From positions 1 to 56,751 of the IMG/VR virus record IMGVR_UViG_2778261162_000006: a stretch of DNA of 56,751 nt. One strand, given 5' to 3'. The notes under the pieces were generated by a model that saw only the letters and a program-made list of their open reading frames with translations, had not been told where the DNA came from and searched no databases. Numbering within the stretch: position 1 is the stretch's first letter; each line of letters opens with the position of its first letter. The position numbers and the translations under genes are program-made. Below, in pieces: positions 28,277 through 38,433 of this stretch. Source of the stretch: a virus. Taxonomy: Duplodnaviria > Heunggongvirae > Uroviricota > Caudoviricetes.

Positions 28277-30104
28277 ATTTGAGCTTAAGGCGTTGATCAC
28301 CGGTATCGACAGGCTTTCTCCCGCGCTGTCGAAAATGCAAAAGAAAATCCGGGGATTTAAACGCCAGGCGGAAGAAGCGTCACAGGGTGGGCTGGCGCTT
28401 GGTGGCGGACTGGCAGCGGGTCTGACGCTTTCCCTGAAATCTTATGCCGATCAGGAAAACGCCGCCACCGGGCTGAAAGTCGCCATGATGGATGCGAACG
28501 GCGAGGTTGGAAAGAGCTTTCAGGACATCAATAAACTGGCTATTGGCCTGGGTAACCAGCTACCCGGTACAACGGCTGATTTCCAGAACATGATGCAGAT
28601 GCTGGTGCGTCAGGGGATCCCGGCAGAAAACATTCTGGGTGGTGTGGGTAAAGCGACAGCTTATCTTGCGGTACAACTGAAAAAAACACCGGAAGCGGCT
28701 GCTGAGTTTGCCGCAAAGATGCAGGATGCTACCGGAACGGCGTCAGAAGACATGATGGGGCTGTTCGACACTATCCAGAAGGCGTTTTATCTGGGCGTTG
28801 ACGATACCAACATGTTGTCCTTCTTCACTAAAACCAGTTCTGTTCTGAAGATGGTGAACAAGGACGGTCTTCAGGCTGCACAGAGCCTTGCCCCCATCAG
28901 CGTCATGATGGATCAGATGGGGATGAACGGGGAGTCGGCAGGTAATGCCCTGCGAAAAGTTATCCAGTCCGGATTAAGCGTTAAGAAAATCAGGGACGTC
29001 AATAAAGTCATGGCCCGCCAGAGACTCGGGGTACAGCTCGATTTTACTGACGGCAAAGGAAGTTTTGGCGGTCTTGATAACATGTTCAGGCAACTGGCAA
29101 AGCTGCGAAAACTGACCGACGTTAAGCGAACAGGTGTACTTAAGGCAATATTTGGTGATGATGCCGAAACCCTTCAGGTGGTCAATGCACTAATCGATAA
29201 AGGAAAGGATGGCTACGATCAGATCCAGCAGAAGATGAATAAACAGGCCAGCCTGAATAAACGTGTTCAGGCACAGCTTGGTACGCTGTCCAACCTGTGG
29301 GAGGCAATGACGGGGACCGCAACTAACGGCCTTGCGGCTATTGGCGGCGCATTTTCTGGTGACGCCAAAAATATCACGCAATGGCTGGGGGAGTTGGGGG
29401 AAAAATTCACGAAGTTTGCGGATGAAAATCCCCGGGTTATTCGCGGCGTCGTCGGGCTTGCTGCCGGTCTTGCGATTCTGAAACTGGGATTGATGGGCGT
29501 GGGCAGTGCCATCAGTATCGTCAGCAGGATCATGTCGATGACGCCGATTGGCATGATTGCGACGGCGATTGCCTTGGCTGCGGGATTAATTATCACTAAC
29601 TGGGATGTTGTTGGACCTTATTTCAAGAAGCTCTGGGAAACCATTGGTCCTTATTTTGAGGCTGGCTGGGAACTTCTGAAGAAGGTTTTTGCCTGGTCGC
29701 CGCTGGGGATGGTAATCAATAACTGGGGACCGGTTGTTAAGTGGTTTCAGGATATGTGGGACAAGCTGAAGCCAATTATTGAGTGGTTTACCGACAGTTC
29801 CGGTGACACGGTCGATGCCATTAACTCGGCGCAGTGGGGCGCGGGTGCTTATGATGCTTATGGGACGGGAATACCGGCGCGGGGATACACACCTTATCCG
29901 GCGGTAGATCCGGCTCAGTCAAACAACGCCTCCGATGCTACAGGCCCGAATCCCTTCATGATTAACAAAGCTTCTGCGCCAAAAGTTGACGGTGAGATCA
30001 AGGTCTCTTTTGTGAATTCGCCTCCGGGTATGCGGGTTATGGAAACGCGATCCAGCGGTTTTGATATAAATCACGATGTTGGCTATACGCATATTGGCAG
30101 ATGA
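28269..30104 (+). CDS. Tail tape measure protein
   Basis: 611 aa; Ala/Gly-rich helical and hydrophobic segments. Confidence 0.8.
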   Translation: MAEFELKALITGIDRLSPALSKMQKKIRGFKRQAEEASQGGLALGGGLAAGLTLSLKSYADQENAATGLKVAMMDANGEVGKSFQDINKLAIGLGNQLPGTTADFQNMMQMLVRQGIPAENILGGVGKATAYLAVQLKKTPEAAAEFAAKMQDATGTASEDMMGLFDTIQKAFYLGVDDTNMLSFFTKTSSVLKMVNKDGLQAAQSLAPISVMMDQMGMNGESAGNALRKVIQSGLSVKKIRDVNKVMARQRLGVQLDFTDGKGSFGGLDNMFRQLAKLRKLTDVKRTGVLKAIFGDDAETLQVVNALIDKGKDGYDQIQQKMNKQASLNKRVQAQLGTLSNLWEAMTGTATNGLAAIGGAFSGDAKNITQWLGELGEKFTKFADENPRVIRGVVGLAAGLAILKLGLMGVGSAISIVSRIMSMTPIGMIATAIALAAGLIITNWDVVGPYFKKLWETIGPYFEAGWELLKKVFAWSPLGMVINNWGPVVKWFQDMWDKLKPIIEWFTDSSGDTVDAINSAQWGAGAYDAYGTGIPARGYTPYPAVDPAQSNNASDATGPNPFMINKASAPKVDGEIKVSFVNSPPGMRVMETRSSGFDINHDVGYTHIGR

Positions 30105-30156
30105 CGGAACCAGATATAATTTGTCTTTAAGTTTGTTATCAACTGAAGGGAAATCT

Positions 30157-30534
30157 ATGGGTCTGTTACATGCCATTATAGGTAATGCCGGTGAAATTAA
30201 TGCATCAGATGCACAACAGGAATTAGGGGCTGTTTTAGGTGAGGGAGAAAATGTCGAACTTGCCTATAAACTCATTCGTGACCAAATTATTCTGACTAAC
30301 AGAAGGTTAATTTTTATTGATAAGCAGGGTGTCACAGGGAAAAAAGTAGAGTATCGTTCGATTCCTTATAAATCTGTGACAAACTTTTCTATTGAAACCG
30401 CCGGGCATCTTGATCTTGATGCTGAAATGAAGATATGGATTTCTGGTATTGCAGAACCGATAAAAAAACAGTTCAGTAAAGGAGCAAACATTTATAAATT
30501 GCAGGCTCATCTGGCTCAAAAAATAGCAGGGTAA
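30157..30534 (+). CDS. Bacterial PH-domain-like protein (moron in tail cluster)
   Basis: AT-rich insert; internal ATG after GAAGGGA; own terminator; sequence pattern recalled as bPH/DUF1696-like. Confidence 0.55.
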   Translation: MGLLHAIIGNAGEINASDAQQELGAVLGEGENVELAYKLIRDQIILTNRRLIFIDKQGVTGKKVEYRSIPYKSVTNFSIETAGHLDLDAEMKIWISGIAEPIKKQFSKGANIYKLQAHLAQKIAG

Positions 30535-30560
30535 ACCTTACATTAATTTATGTCTTTCAT

Positions 30561-30582
30561 GCCCACTTCGGTGGGCTTTTTT
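30561..30582 (+). terminator. Rho-independent terminator
   Basis: GCCCAC-TTCG-GTGGGC hairpin followed by TTTTTT. Confidence 0.75.
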
Positions 30583-30597
30583 ATATCCGGAGTTTAT

Positions 30598-31926
30598 ATG
30601 ACGTGGAAAGACAGGCTTCAGGACGCGTCATTTCGCGGTGTGCCGTTTAAGGTTGAAGAAGAAAGTGCGGGAACCGGTCGTCGTGTGGAAACGCACGAAT
30701 ACCCGAACCGCGACAAACCCTATACCGAAGACCTGGGGAAAATCACTTTCCGCCCGTCCATCACGGCTTATGTGGTGGGAGATGACTGCTTTGACCAGCG
30801 CGATCGCCTGATTGACGCGCTGAATAAACCCGGTCCTGGCACGCTTGTCCATCCGACTTACGGTGAGCTGAAAGTCTGTGTTGACGGAGAGGTTCGGGTC
30901 AGCACATCGAAGAGTGAAGGGCGTATTGTCCGCTTTGACCTGAAGTTTGTCGAAGCGGGAGAACTCTCTTACCCCACATCAGGTGCGGCGACGGCGCAGA
31001 CGCTGATGTCATCCTGTTCTGCACTGGATGACTGCATCAGTGACAGTTTCAGTAGTTTCAGTATCGATGGCGTGGCAGATTTTGTGCAGAACGACGTCGT
31101 CGGTAATGCCGGCACAATGCTTGGGTATGTTTCTGATGCGATGAAAGTGGTGGATTCTGCCGTATCGGATGCCGCCAGGCTGTTGCAGGGGGATATCTCG
31201 GTACTTCTGCCGCCGCCATCGTCAGGCAAAAATTTCGTTGAGCAGGTGCAGAAAATGTGGCGTACCGGGAAACGCCTTTATGGTAACGCCAGCGACCTGG
31301 TCACCATGATCAAAACGCTTTCCGGTGTCAGCCTCGGCAGCGATCTGCAACCGCGCGGCGTCTGGAAAACGGACAGTAAAACCACCGCCACGGCGACGCA
31401 GCAGCGTAATGTGGTTGCCAGCACCCTTCGTACGACCGCAATCAGCGAAGCGGCGTATGCCGTCACCCGATTGCCTGCGCCAACAACTTCCGCGGTGATG
31501 CAGAATTCCGCAGTGGGGCAGTCAACAACTTCCGCGCAGAGCACCGGCTGGCCTTCCGTCACGCATCCGGCACTGAACAATGCACCGGCGGTGAAAAACA
31601 CGGTTGACCTGCCAACGTGGGAAGAACTGACTGACATTCGCGACACACTGAATACGGCAATTGATAAGGAGTTGTCCCGTACAACCAGTGATGCGCTGTT
31701 TCTGGCGCTGCGCCGGGTGAAAGCAGATCTGAATGCGGATATCAACACGCGCCTTGAACAGTCTGCTCGGATCATTCAGCGCACGCCGGATGAGGTCTTA
31801 CCCGCGCTGGTGCTGGCGGCGACCTGGTTTGATAACGCGGCGCGTGACGCGGACATTATCCGGCGTAATGCCATTACGCATCCCGGCTTTGTGCCGGTGA
31901 TCCCTCTGAAGGTGCCAGTGCAATGA
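30598..31926 (+). CDS. DNA circularisation protein (Mu N-like)
   Basis: Position after tape measure; ATG after GGAG and downstream of the terminator. Confidence 0.65.
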   Translation: MTWKDRLQDASFRGVPFKVEEESAGTGRRVETHEYPNRDKPYTEDLGKITFRPSITAYVVGDDCFDQRDRLIDALNKPGPGTLVHPTYGELKVCVDGEVRVSTSKSEGRIVRFDLKFVEAGELSYPTSGAATAQTLMSSCSALDDCISDSFSSFSIDGVADFVQNDVVGNAGTMLGYVSDAMKVVDSAVSDAARLLQGDISVLLPPPSSGKNFVEQVQKMWRTGKRLYGNASDLVTMIKTLSGVSLGSDLQPRGVWKTDSKTTATATQQRNVVASTLRTTAISEAAYAVTRLPAPTTSAVMQNSAVGQSTTSAQSTGWPSVTHPALNNAPAVKNTVDLPTWEELTDIRDTLNTAIDKELSRTTSDALFLALRRVKADLNADINTRLEQSARIIQRTPDEVLPALVLAATWFDNAARDADIIRRNAITHPGFVPVIPLKVPVQ

Positions 31927-33002
31927 ACGATAACGTCACGCTACGGGTAAATGGCCGGGAGTGGAATGGCTGGACATCGGTGCGCATCGGTGCCGGTATT
32001 GAACGGCTGGCGCGGGATTTCAGCGTGGAGATCACCCGCCAGTGGCCGGGAGATGAGGGTATCACCACGCTTCAGCCGCGCATTAAAAATGGTTCAAAAG
32101 TGGAAGTGCTGATTGGTGATGAGCTGGTGATCACCGGCTGGGTGGAGGCGACCCCCGTTCGTTACGATGCCCGTTCGGTCAGCACCGGTATTGCCGGACG
32201 TAGTCTGACGGCTGACCTGATTGACTGTGCAGCCGAACCGACACAGTTTAACGGACGATCGCTGGTACAGATTGCGCAGGCGCTTGCTGCGCCTTTCGGC
32301 ATTGAGGTGGTGAACAACGGTGCGCCGTCGGGTGTTATTCCTGATGTCCAGCCTGATCACGGTGAAACGGTGATTGAGGTAATCAACAAAATACTCGGTC
32401 AGCAGCAGGCACTGGCTTACGACGACCCGCACGGCAGGCTGGTGATTGGCGGTATTGGCTCAACGCGGGCACATACTGCGCTGGTACTCGGGGAAAACAT
32501 CCTTTCCTGCGATACGGAGAAGAGTATCCGGGAGCGGTTTTCTGTTTACCAGGTGGCGGGGCAGCGTGCCGGAAACGACGATGATTTCGGTGAGGCCACC
32601 ACCACCGCGCTGCGGGCCCGCACAGAGGACGCATTTATTGCCCGTTACCGTCCGATGTATATCAGGCAGACAGGGCAGGCTACGGGGGCAGGCTGTATTG
32701 CCCGTTCGGACTTTGAAGCCCGACAACGGGCGGCGCGGACGGATGAAACCACCTATGTGGTGCAGGGCTGGCGACAGGGTAACGGTACGCTGTGGCAGCC
32801 CAACCAGCGGGTGATTGTCTTTGATCCGGTCTGTGGTTTCGACAATACCGAACTGCTTGTTTCGGAAGTCACGTTTACTCAGGACCAGAACGGCACCCTG
32901 ACGGAAATCCGTGTCGGCCCACCTGATGCTTATCTGCCTGAACCCGAAGCCCCCGGCGCGCGGAAAAAGAAAAAAGCCAGAGTACAGGAGGACCCGTTCT
33001 GA
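31923..33002 (+). CDS. Baseplate hub/tail protein (Mu P-like)
   Basis: Position and size. Confidence 0.65.
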   Translation: MNDNVTLRVNGREWNGWTSVRIGAGIERLARDFSVEITRQWPGDEGITTLQPRIKNGSKVEVLIGDELVITGWVEATPVRYDARSVSTGIAGRSLTADLIDCAAEPTQFNGRSLVQIAQALAAPFGIEVVNNGAPSGVIPDVQPDHGETVIEVINKILGQQQALAYDDPHGRLVIGGIGSTRAHTALVLGENILSCDTEKSIRERFSVYQVAGQRAGNDDDFGEATTTALRARTEDAFIARYRPMYIRQTGQATGAGCIARSDFEARQRAARTDETTYVVQGWRQGNGTLWQPNQRVIVFDPVCGFDNTELLVSEVTFTQDQNGTLTEIRVGPPDAYLPEPEAPGARKKKKARVQEDPF

Positions 33003-33550
33003 TGAGGACGATTGAAGCCATGCAGCGACAACTCCTCGGCCTGATTGGGCGGGCCGTGGTGAAAAGCATCAGTGCCGCCACGAAATGTCAGACCGTGGAT
33101 GTGTCCCTGATTGCCGGTGAACCCAAAGCCGGGGTTGAACATCTTGAACCCTACGGTTTTACCGCAAGGGCAAACAGCGGTGCGGAAGCGGTGGTGTTGT
33201 TTCCGGATGGCGACCGTTCTCATGCGGTGGTTGTTACGGTGTCGGACCGTCGCTACCGCCTGAAAGGGCTGCAAACGGGGGAGGTGGCTGTCTATGACGA
33301 TCAGGGGCAGTCCGTGACGCTGACCCGGGAGGGGATCGTGGTGGACGGTGCAGGTAAAACGATCACGTTTCGCAATGCGCCTAAGGCACGTTTTGAAATG
33401 GACCTGGAAGTGACAGGACAGGTGAAAGACCTGTGCGACTCCGGCGGCACCACCATGTCAGCGATGCGGCTTGCCTATAACGGGCATCGTCACAGAGAGA
33501 ACGGTCAGGGAAGTAACACCGACAAACCTGATAAAGCGATGGAGGCATGA
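33002..33550 (+). CDS. Baseplate assembly protein V-like (spike)
   Basis: Position and size. Confidence 0.6.
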   Translation: MRTIEAMQRQLLGLIGRAVVKSISAATKCQTVDVSLIAGEPKAGVEHLEPYGFTARANSGAEAVVLFPDGDRSHAVVVTVSDRRYRLKGLQTGEVAVYDDQGQSVTLTREGIVVDGAGKTITFRNAPKARFEMDLEVTGQVKDLCDSGGTTMSAMRLAYNGHRHRENGQGSNTDKPDKAMEA

Positions 33551-33975
33551 TGGAACTGTGGCTGACGGTGAACGGTAAACGCACCTGCGCCAGCGCACCG
33601 CTGGATCCGCTGACCCGCGCCGTGGTGATTTCCCTGTTCACCTGGCGGCGGGCGGAGCCTGATGACAACGCCGACGTCCCGATGGGATGGTGGGGGGATA
33701 CCTGGCCTGCGGTACAGAATGACCGTTACGGCTCCCGACTGTGGCTGCTTCAGCGCAGCAAACTGACCAATCAGCTGGTGCAGACGGTAAGGGGGTATAT
33801 CCGCGAATGCCTGCAATGGATGATTGATGACGGCGTGGTGTCCCGTATTGATCTGGATATCCGCCGCACCGGGATTAATGAGCTGGGTAACAGTATCACT
33901 CTCTGGCGTCGTGACGGACCGGTAATGATTTCTTTTGATGATCTGTGGAGTGCGATAACGCATGGCGGACAGTGA
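33547..33975 (+). CDS. Baseplate protein (gp46/GPW-like)
   Basis: Position and size. Confidence 0.6.
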   Translation: MMELWLTVNGKRTCASAPLDPLTRAVVISLFTWRRAEPDDNADVPMGWWGDTWPAVQNDRYGSRLWLLQRSKLTNQLVQTVRGYIRECLQWMIDDGVVSRIDLDIRRTGINELGNSITLWRRDGPVMISFDDLWSAITHGGQ

Positions 33976-35020
33976 ATTTCAGCGCCCGACGCTGGCAGAA
34001 AATATCAGTATGCTCCGTAACGATTTATTCGCCAGGCTGGACGTCAGCGACACGCTCCGGCGCATGGATGAAGACGTGCGGGCAAAGGTGTATGCGGCGG
34101 CGCTGCATACGGTTTACGGGTACATCGATTATCTGGCAATGAATATGCTGCCTGACCTGTGCGATGAGTCCTGGCTGGCGCGACATGCTGCGATGAAACG
34201 GTGTCCGCGCAAGGGGGCCACGGCTGCCAGCGGGTATATGCGCTGGGAAGGTGTCAGCGATGGCCTGAAGGTGACCGCCGGGAGTGTTATTCAGCGCGAT
34301 GACCTGGTGCAGTACACGGCAACTGCCGATGCAACCAGCTCCGGTGGTGTCCTGCGCGTGCCGATCGCCTGCTCAAGTGCAGGCGCGGTCGGTAACGCTG
34401 ACGACGGTACGTCATTAATCCTGGTCACGCCGGTGAATGGTCTGCCGTCTTCCGGCGTGGCAGATACACTGACAGGTGGATTTGATACTGAAGAGCTGGA
34501 AACGTGGCGCGCCCGCGTCATTGAGCGGTATTACTGGACGCCTCAGGGCGGGGCTGACGGGGACTATGTCGTCTGGGCTAAAGAAGTTCCCGGCATTACC
34601 CGCGCATGGACATACCGACACTGGATGGGAACGGGGACTGTCGGTGTGATGATTGCCAGCAGCGACCTGATTAATCCCATTCCGGAAGAATCAACGGAAA
34701 CGGCGGCAAGGCTGCATATCGAGCCACTGGCCCCGGTGGCAGGCTCTGATTTGTATGTGTTCAGGCCGGTGGCGCATACGGTGGATTTTCATATCCGTGT
34801 GACGCCGGATACACCAGAAATACGGGCTGCCATCACCGCCGAGTTGCGTTCGTTCCTGCTGCGTGATGGTTATCCGCAGGGAGAACTGAAGGTGTCGCGT
34901 ATCAGTGAAGCGATTTCCGGTGCGAACGGGGAATACAGCCATCAGTTGCTTGCACCGGCAGACAATATCTCCATTGCAAAAAATGAACTGGCGGTACTGG
35001 GGACGATTTCATGGACGTGA
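33962..35020 (+). CDS. Baseplate J-like protein
   Basis: Position and size. Confidence 0.65.
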   Translation: MADSEFQRPTLAENISMLRNDLFARLDVSDTLRRMDEDVRAKVYAAALHTVYGYIDYLAMNMLPDLCDESWLARHAAMKRCPRKGATAASGYMRWEGVSDGLKVTAGSVIQRDDLVQYTATADATSSGGVLRVPIACSSAGAVGNADDGTSLILVTPVNGLPSSGVADTLTGGFDTEELETWRARVIERYYWTPQGGADGDYVVWAKEVPGITRAWTYRHWMGTGTVGVMIASSDLINPIPEESTETAARLHIEPLAPVAGSDLYVFRPVAHTVDFHIRVTPDTPEIRAAITAELRSFLLRDGYPQGELKVSRISEAISGANGEYSHQLLAPADNISIAKNELAVLGTISWT

Positions 35021-35595
35021 CAAACGATGATTACATCCGTCTGTTGTCGGCACTGTTGCCCCCCGGTCCGGCGTGGTCAGCCAGCGATCCGGCGATTGCC
35101 GGTGCGGCACCGTCATTAACCCGCGTTCATCAGCGTGCGGATGCCCTGATGCGGGAGCTGGATCCGCGCACCACCACCGAACTGATAAATCGCTGGGAGC
35201 GTCTGTGCGGCCTGCCGGATGAATGTATTCCCGCAGGGACACAGACCCTTCGCCAGCGTCAGCAACGACTGGATGCGAAGGTTAACCTGGCGGGCGGCAT
35301 CAATGAGGATTTTTACCTTGCACAGCTTGCTGCCCTGGGCAGACCAGACGCCACCATCACGCGATACGACAAAAGCACGTTCACCTGCTCATCGGCCTGT
35401 ACTGACGCGGTGAATGCGCCGGAATGGCGGTATTACTGGCAGGTCAACATGCCAGCCGCCACCAACACCACCTGGATGACATGTGGCGATCCCTGTGATT
35501 CCGCACTGCGTATCTGGGGCGACACCGTTGTCGAGTGTGTGCTTAACAAACTCTGCCCGTCGCATACCTACGTAATTTTTAAATATCCGGAGTAA
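35011..35595 (+). CDS. Tail protein (Mu gp48-like)
   Basis: Position between baseplate J and tail fibre. Confidence 0.55.
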   Translation: MDVTNDDYIRLLSALLPPGPAWSASDPAIAGAAPSLTRVHQRADALMRELDPRTTTELINRWERLCGLPDECIPAGTQTLRQRQQRLDAKVNLAGGINEDFYLAQLAALGRPDATITRYDKSTFTCSSACTDAVNAPEWRYYWQVNMPAATNTTWMTCGDPCDSALRIWGDTVVECVLNKLCPSHTYVIFKYPE

Positions 35596-35598
35596 TCC

Positions 35599-36255
35599 AT
35601 GCATCGTATAGACACGAAAACCGCGCAGAAGGATAAGTTCGGCGCGGGTAAGAACGGTTTTACCCGTGGTAATCCCCAGACTGGTACGCCTGCCACCGAT
35701 CTGGATGATGACTACTTTGACATGTTGCAGGAGGAGCTTTGCAGCGTGGTGGAGGCATCCGGTGCCAGCCTGGAGAAGGAGAGGCACGACCAGCTGCTTA
35801 CTGCGCTTCGTGCGCTGCTGTTAAGCCGCAAGAATCCGTTTAGTGATATCAAATCGGATGGCACGGTGAAAACAGCTCTCGAAAACCTTGGTTTGGGAGA
35901 AGCGGCAAAACGGAATGTAGGTAGCGGGCAAAACCAAATTCCGGATATGGCGGCGTTTGCCAGTTCACTTTCATCAACGGGTTTTCAAAAACTCCCTTCA
36001 GGTCTGATTATTCAGTGGGGTATTGTCAGTGGAGCATCAAACTATACGGTGACTTACCCGGTAACATTCCCAAATCGTTCACTTGCGCTGTTGGCTGTGC
36101 CACATACAACGTCGGTGGCTGGTATATCTGCAATGGGCATAGCGAACTGTTCTGATATCAGCAAATCACAGTTCTATATAATTGTTGGCGGTATATCTCA
36201 GGGAGAAATTGTCAAACATGAAAGGTCCTGTTTTTGGGTAGCAATCGGTGTATAG
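35599..36255 (+). CDS. Tail fibre protein (constant N-terminus plus variable C-terminus in current orientation)
   Basis: Segment [10 protein letters not shown] at the constant/variable junction coincides with the inversion crossover repeat. Confidence 0.75.
   Translation: MHRIDTKTAQKDKFGAGKNGFTRGNPQTGTPATDLDDDYFDMLQEELCSVVEASGASLEKERHDQLLTALRALLLSRKNPFSDIKSDGTVKTALENLGLGEAAKRNVGSGQNQIPDMAAFASSLSSTGFQKLPSGLIIQWGIVSGASNYTVTYPVTFPNRSLALLAVPHTTSVAGISAMGIANCSDISKSQFYIIVGGISQGEIVKHERSCFWVAIGV
35876..35921. repeat. Inversion crossover site, left
   Basis: TCTCGAAAACCTTGGTTTGGGAGAAGCGGCAAAACGGAATGTAGG; inverted copy at 37429..37479. Confidence 0.7.
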
Positions 36256-36263
36256 GTATATCT

Positions 36264-36659
36264 ATGATTTATTTCTCAAAATCGACTAATGGTTTTTTCT
36301 TTGATGGTATAAACAGCGACATGCCTGCTGACATTGTTGAGATAAGTACAGACTTATACAATGAATTAATTGCCGGACAGCAGGAAGGGGGTAAATTAAT
36401 CACGTCAGATGAAAATGGTTTACCGGTACTGAAATCTCCGGCGATTGATTATGTCGCACGTGCTGAAAATCAGCGAATGCAGTTACTTGCTCATGCCGAT
36501 AATGTCACAGCTGACTGGCGGGTGGAATTAATGCTTGGTGATATCAGCAGTACAGATAAAGAAAAACTATCTGCCTGGATGGACTACAAAAAAGAAGTAA
36601 AAGCCGTCGACACTTCGACGGCTCCTGAGATTAGCTGGCCTGAACTGCCGGAGGCGTAG
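36264..36659 (+). CDS. Tail fibre assembly protein
   Basis: C-terminal ...DTSTAPEISWPELP motif; paralog encoded on the opposite strand. Confidence 0.75.
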   Translation: MIYFSKSTNGFFFDGINSDMPADIVEISTDLYNELIAGQQEGGKLITSDENGLPVLKSPAIDYVARAENQRMQLLAHADNVTADWRVELMLGDISSTDKEKLSAWMDYKKEVKAVDTSTAPEISWPELPEA

Positions 36660-37074
36660 GCCATTCAATATCTGGCGCACCGGAAGTATCGACCAGCTCC
36701 AGTGCGTCCAGATAATCCAGCCACAAATTATATTGCGCCAGTTCGTCACCTTTCAGACGACCAATAGCGGCTTTACCGGGCCATTGCTTACTGTTCATGT
36801 ATTCGTTGGCCAGGTTAATTAGTAGCTGTCTTTCTGATTCAGTAATTTCAATAAGCTCTTCGTGAGTAGGTGGAGGAATATCTGCCCACGCAGGTAGTCC
36901 ATCCTCTCCCGCAATACGGACTTTTCCTTGTGGCGGTTCAGCCATAAACTCACTGACAATATTTTGATTCACCTCCTTAGCATCTGATAAATCCCATCCC
37001 TCTGATTTATATTTATCAATCATATCCACAGGGAAAAAAGCATTATGCCTTGCGCTATAAACATATTCGTTCAT
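36631..37074 (-). CDS. Alternative tail fibre assembly protein (inverted orientation)
   Basis: Shares C-terminal motif ...DTSGAPDIEWPTPP with the plus-strand paralog. Confidence 0.75.
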   Translation of the reverse strand: MNEYVYSARHNAFFPVDMIDKYKSEGWDLSDAKEVNQNIVSEFMAEPPQGKVRIAGEDGLPAWADIPPPTHEELIEITESERQLLINLANEYMNSKQWPGKAAIGRLKGDELAQYNLWLDYLDALELVDTSGAPDIEWPTPPAVQAS

Positions 37075-37095
37075 ATTAAATCACCCTGAATAAAA

Positions 37096-37509
37096 TTACT
37101 CGCCAACAGCCCACCAACAGTAATTCATGGTAACAGTTGGACTTGTCGAGGTTGTTCTAAAGGCAGAATAAAACCCTGTTAACCCTGGCTCTTCAGTTGT
37201 CATCATAAAACCACGACCACTCCCGGCAGTTGAACCACCATCACCAGAATGTGAAAGCAAGGCAATATCAGCTTTTTTAGGGAAAGGTATATTAAATTCT
37301 ACCCGTAGTGTCTGACTCGCAAGCGTAGGAGACACACGCCCACGACCATATTGCAGGATTTTCCCGTTGGGTAATTTCATCCATCCATCACCACTGGCAA
37401 AAGAGGCCATGTCCGGTATCTGATTCGCCCCTGTCCCTACATTCCTTTTAGCCGCTTCTCCCAAACCAACGTTTATGAAAATGCAGAAATAACGAGCAAA
37501 TGGCATCAT
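37096..37509 (-). CDS. Alternative tail fibre C-terminal segment (silent until inversion)
   Basis: Encodes [24 protein letters not shown], homologous to the junction of the expressed fibre; the N-terminal residues of the ORF lie beyond the crossover and are not part of it. Confidence 0.7.
   Translation of the reverse strand: MMPFARYFCIFINVGLGEAAKRNVGTGANQIPDMASFASGDGWMKLPNGKILQYGRGRVSPTLASQTLRVEFNIPFPKKADIALLSHSGDGGSTAGSGRGFMMTTEEPGLTGFYSAFRTTSTSPTVTMNYCWWAVGE
37429..37479. repeat. Inversion crossover site, right
   Basis: Reverse complement contains GGTTTGGGAGAAGCGGCTAAAAGGAATGTAGG. Confidence 0.7.
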
Positions 37510-37535
37510 TCCTGCTTTTGTCAGGGGGATCTACC

Positions 37536-38090
37536 ATGCTTATTGGCTATGTACGTGTGTCAACAAATGACCAGAACACAGATCTACAGCGTAATGCGCT
37601 GAACTGTGCAGGATGCGAGCTGATTTTTGAAGACAAGATAAGCGGTACAAAGTCCGAAAGGCCGGGACTGAAAAAACTGCTCAGGACATTATCGGCAGGT
37701 GACACTCTGGTTGTCTGGAAGCTGGATCGGCTGGGACGTAGTATGCGGCATCTGGTCATTCTGGTTGAGGAGTTGCGCGAACGTGGCGTTAATTTTCGCA
37801 GCCTGACGGATGCTATTGATACCAGCACACCGATGGGGCGTTTTTTCTTTCATGTGATGGGTGCCCTGGCTGAAATGGAACGAGAACTGATTGTTGAACG
37901 AACAAAAGCTGGACTGGAAGCTGCTCGCGCACAGGGACGAATTGGTGGACGTCGTCCCAAACTTACACCAGAACAATGGGCGCAGGCCGGGCGATTAATT
38001 GCATCAGGCGTTCCTCGCCAGAAGGTGGCTATTATCTATGATGTTGGTGTGTCAACTTTGTATAAGAGGTTTCCAGCCAGGGTTATATAA
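37536..38090 (+). CDS. Serine DNA invertase (Hin/Gin/Pin/Cin family)
   Basis: MLIGYVRVSTNDQ with catalytic Ser; resolvase domain plus C-terminal HTH; adjacent to invertible segment. Confidence 0.9.
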   Translation: MLIGYVRVSTNDQNTDLQRNALNCAGCELIFEDKISGTKSERPGLKKLLRTLSAGDTLVVWKLDRLGRSMRHLVILVEELRERGVNFRSLTDAIDTSTPMGRFFFHVMGALAEMERELIVERTKAGLEAARAQGRIGGRRPKLTPEQWAQAGRLIASGVPRQKVAIIYDVGVSTLYKRFPARVI

Positions 38091-38433
38091 AACCGCAGAC
38101 ATGTCGTATGCAGGAGGTGTCGCGGTTGGCTGGTGAACTTTTGATAGTGCGAGTATTGAATGATTTCCAGCCGTTACTGATTTTACGCATTTTTGTATGA
38201 GAGGGTTTGCACCTCCTTCCACCGATTCTCCATGACTTTACGCCACTGTCTCTAGAACTGCTATGTGCCAACAGCAGACATTCATAGCACACAGTTTTGT
38301 TAACAACTAGAAATAAGTTTAGGAATAGTCGCGATATATCTATTAAAGATACAATCATTCAAATAAATGAGACATTTTCGGCATGCTGGGAAAAGTAATT
38401 AAAAATGGTGAAAGCCAATTTTTTTTTTATTAA

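Noticed and set aside
38083-38358. 91-aa minus-strand ORF downstream of the invertase
   Set aside because: Overlaps the invertase 3' end, has no RBS and unconvincing composition; likely non-coding AT-rich DNA.
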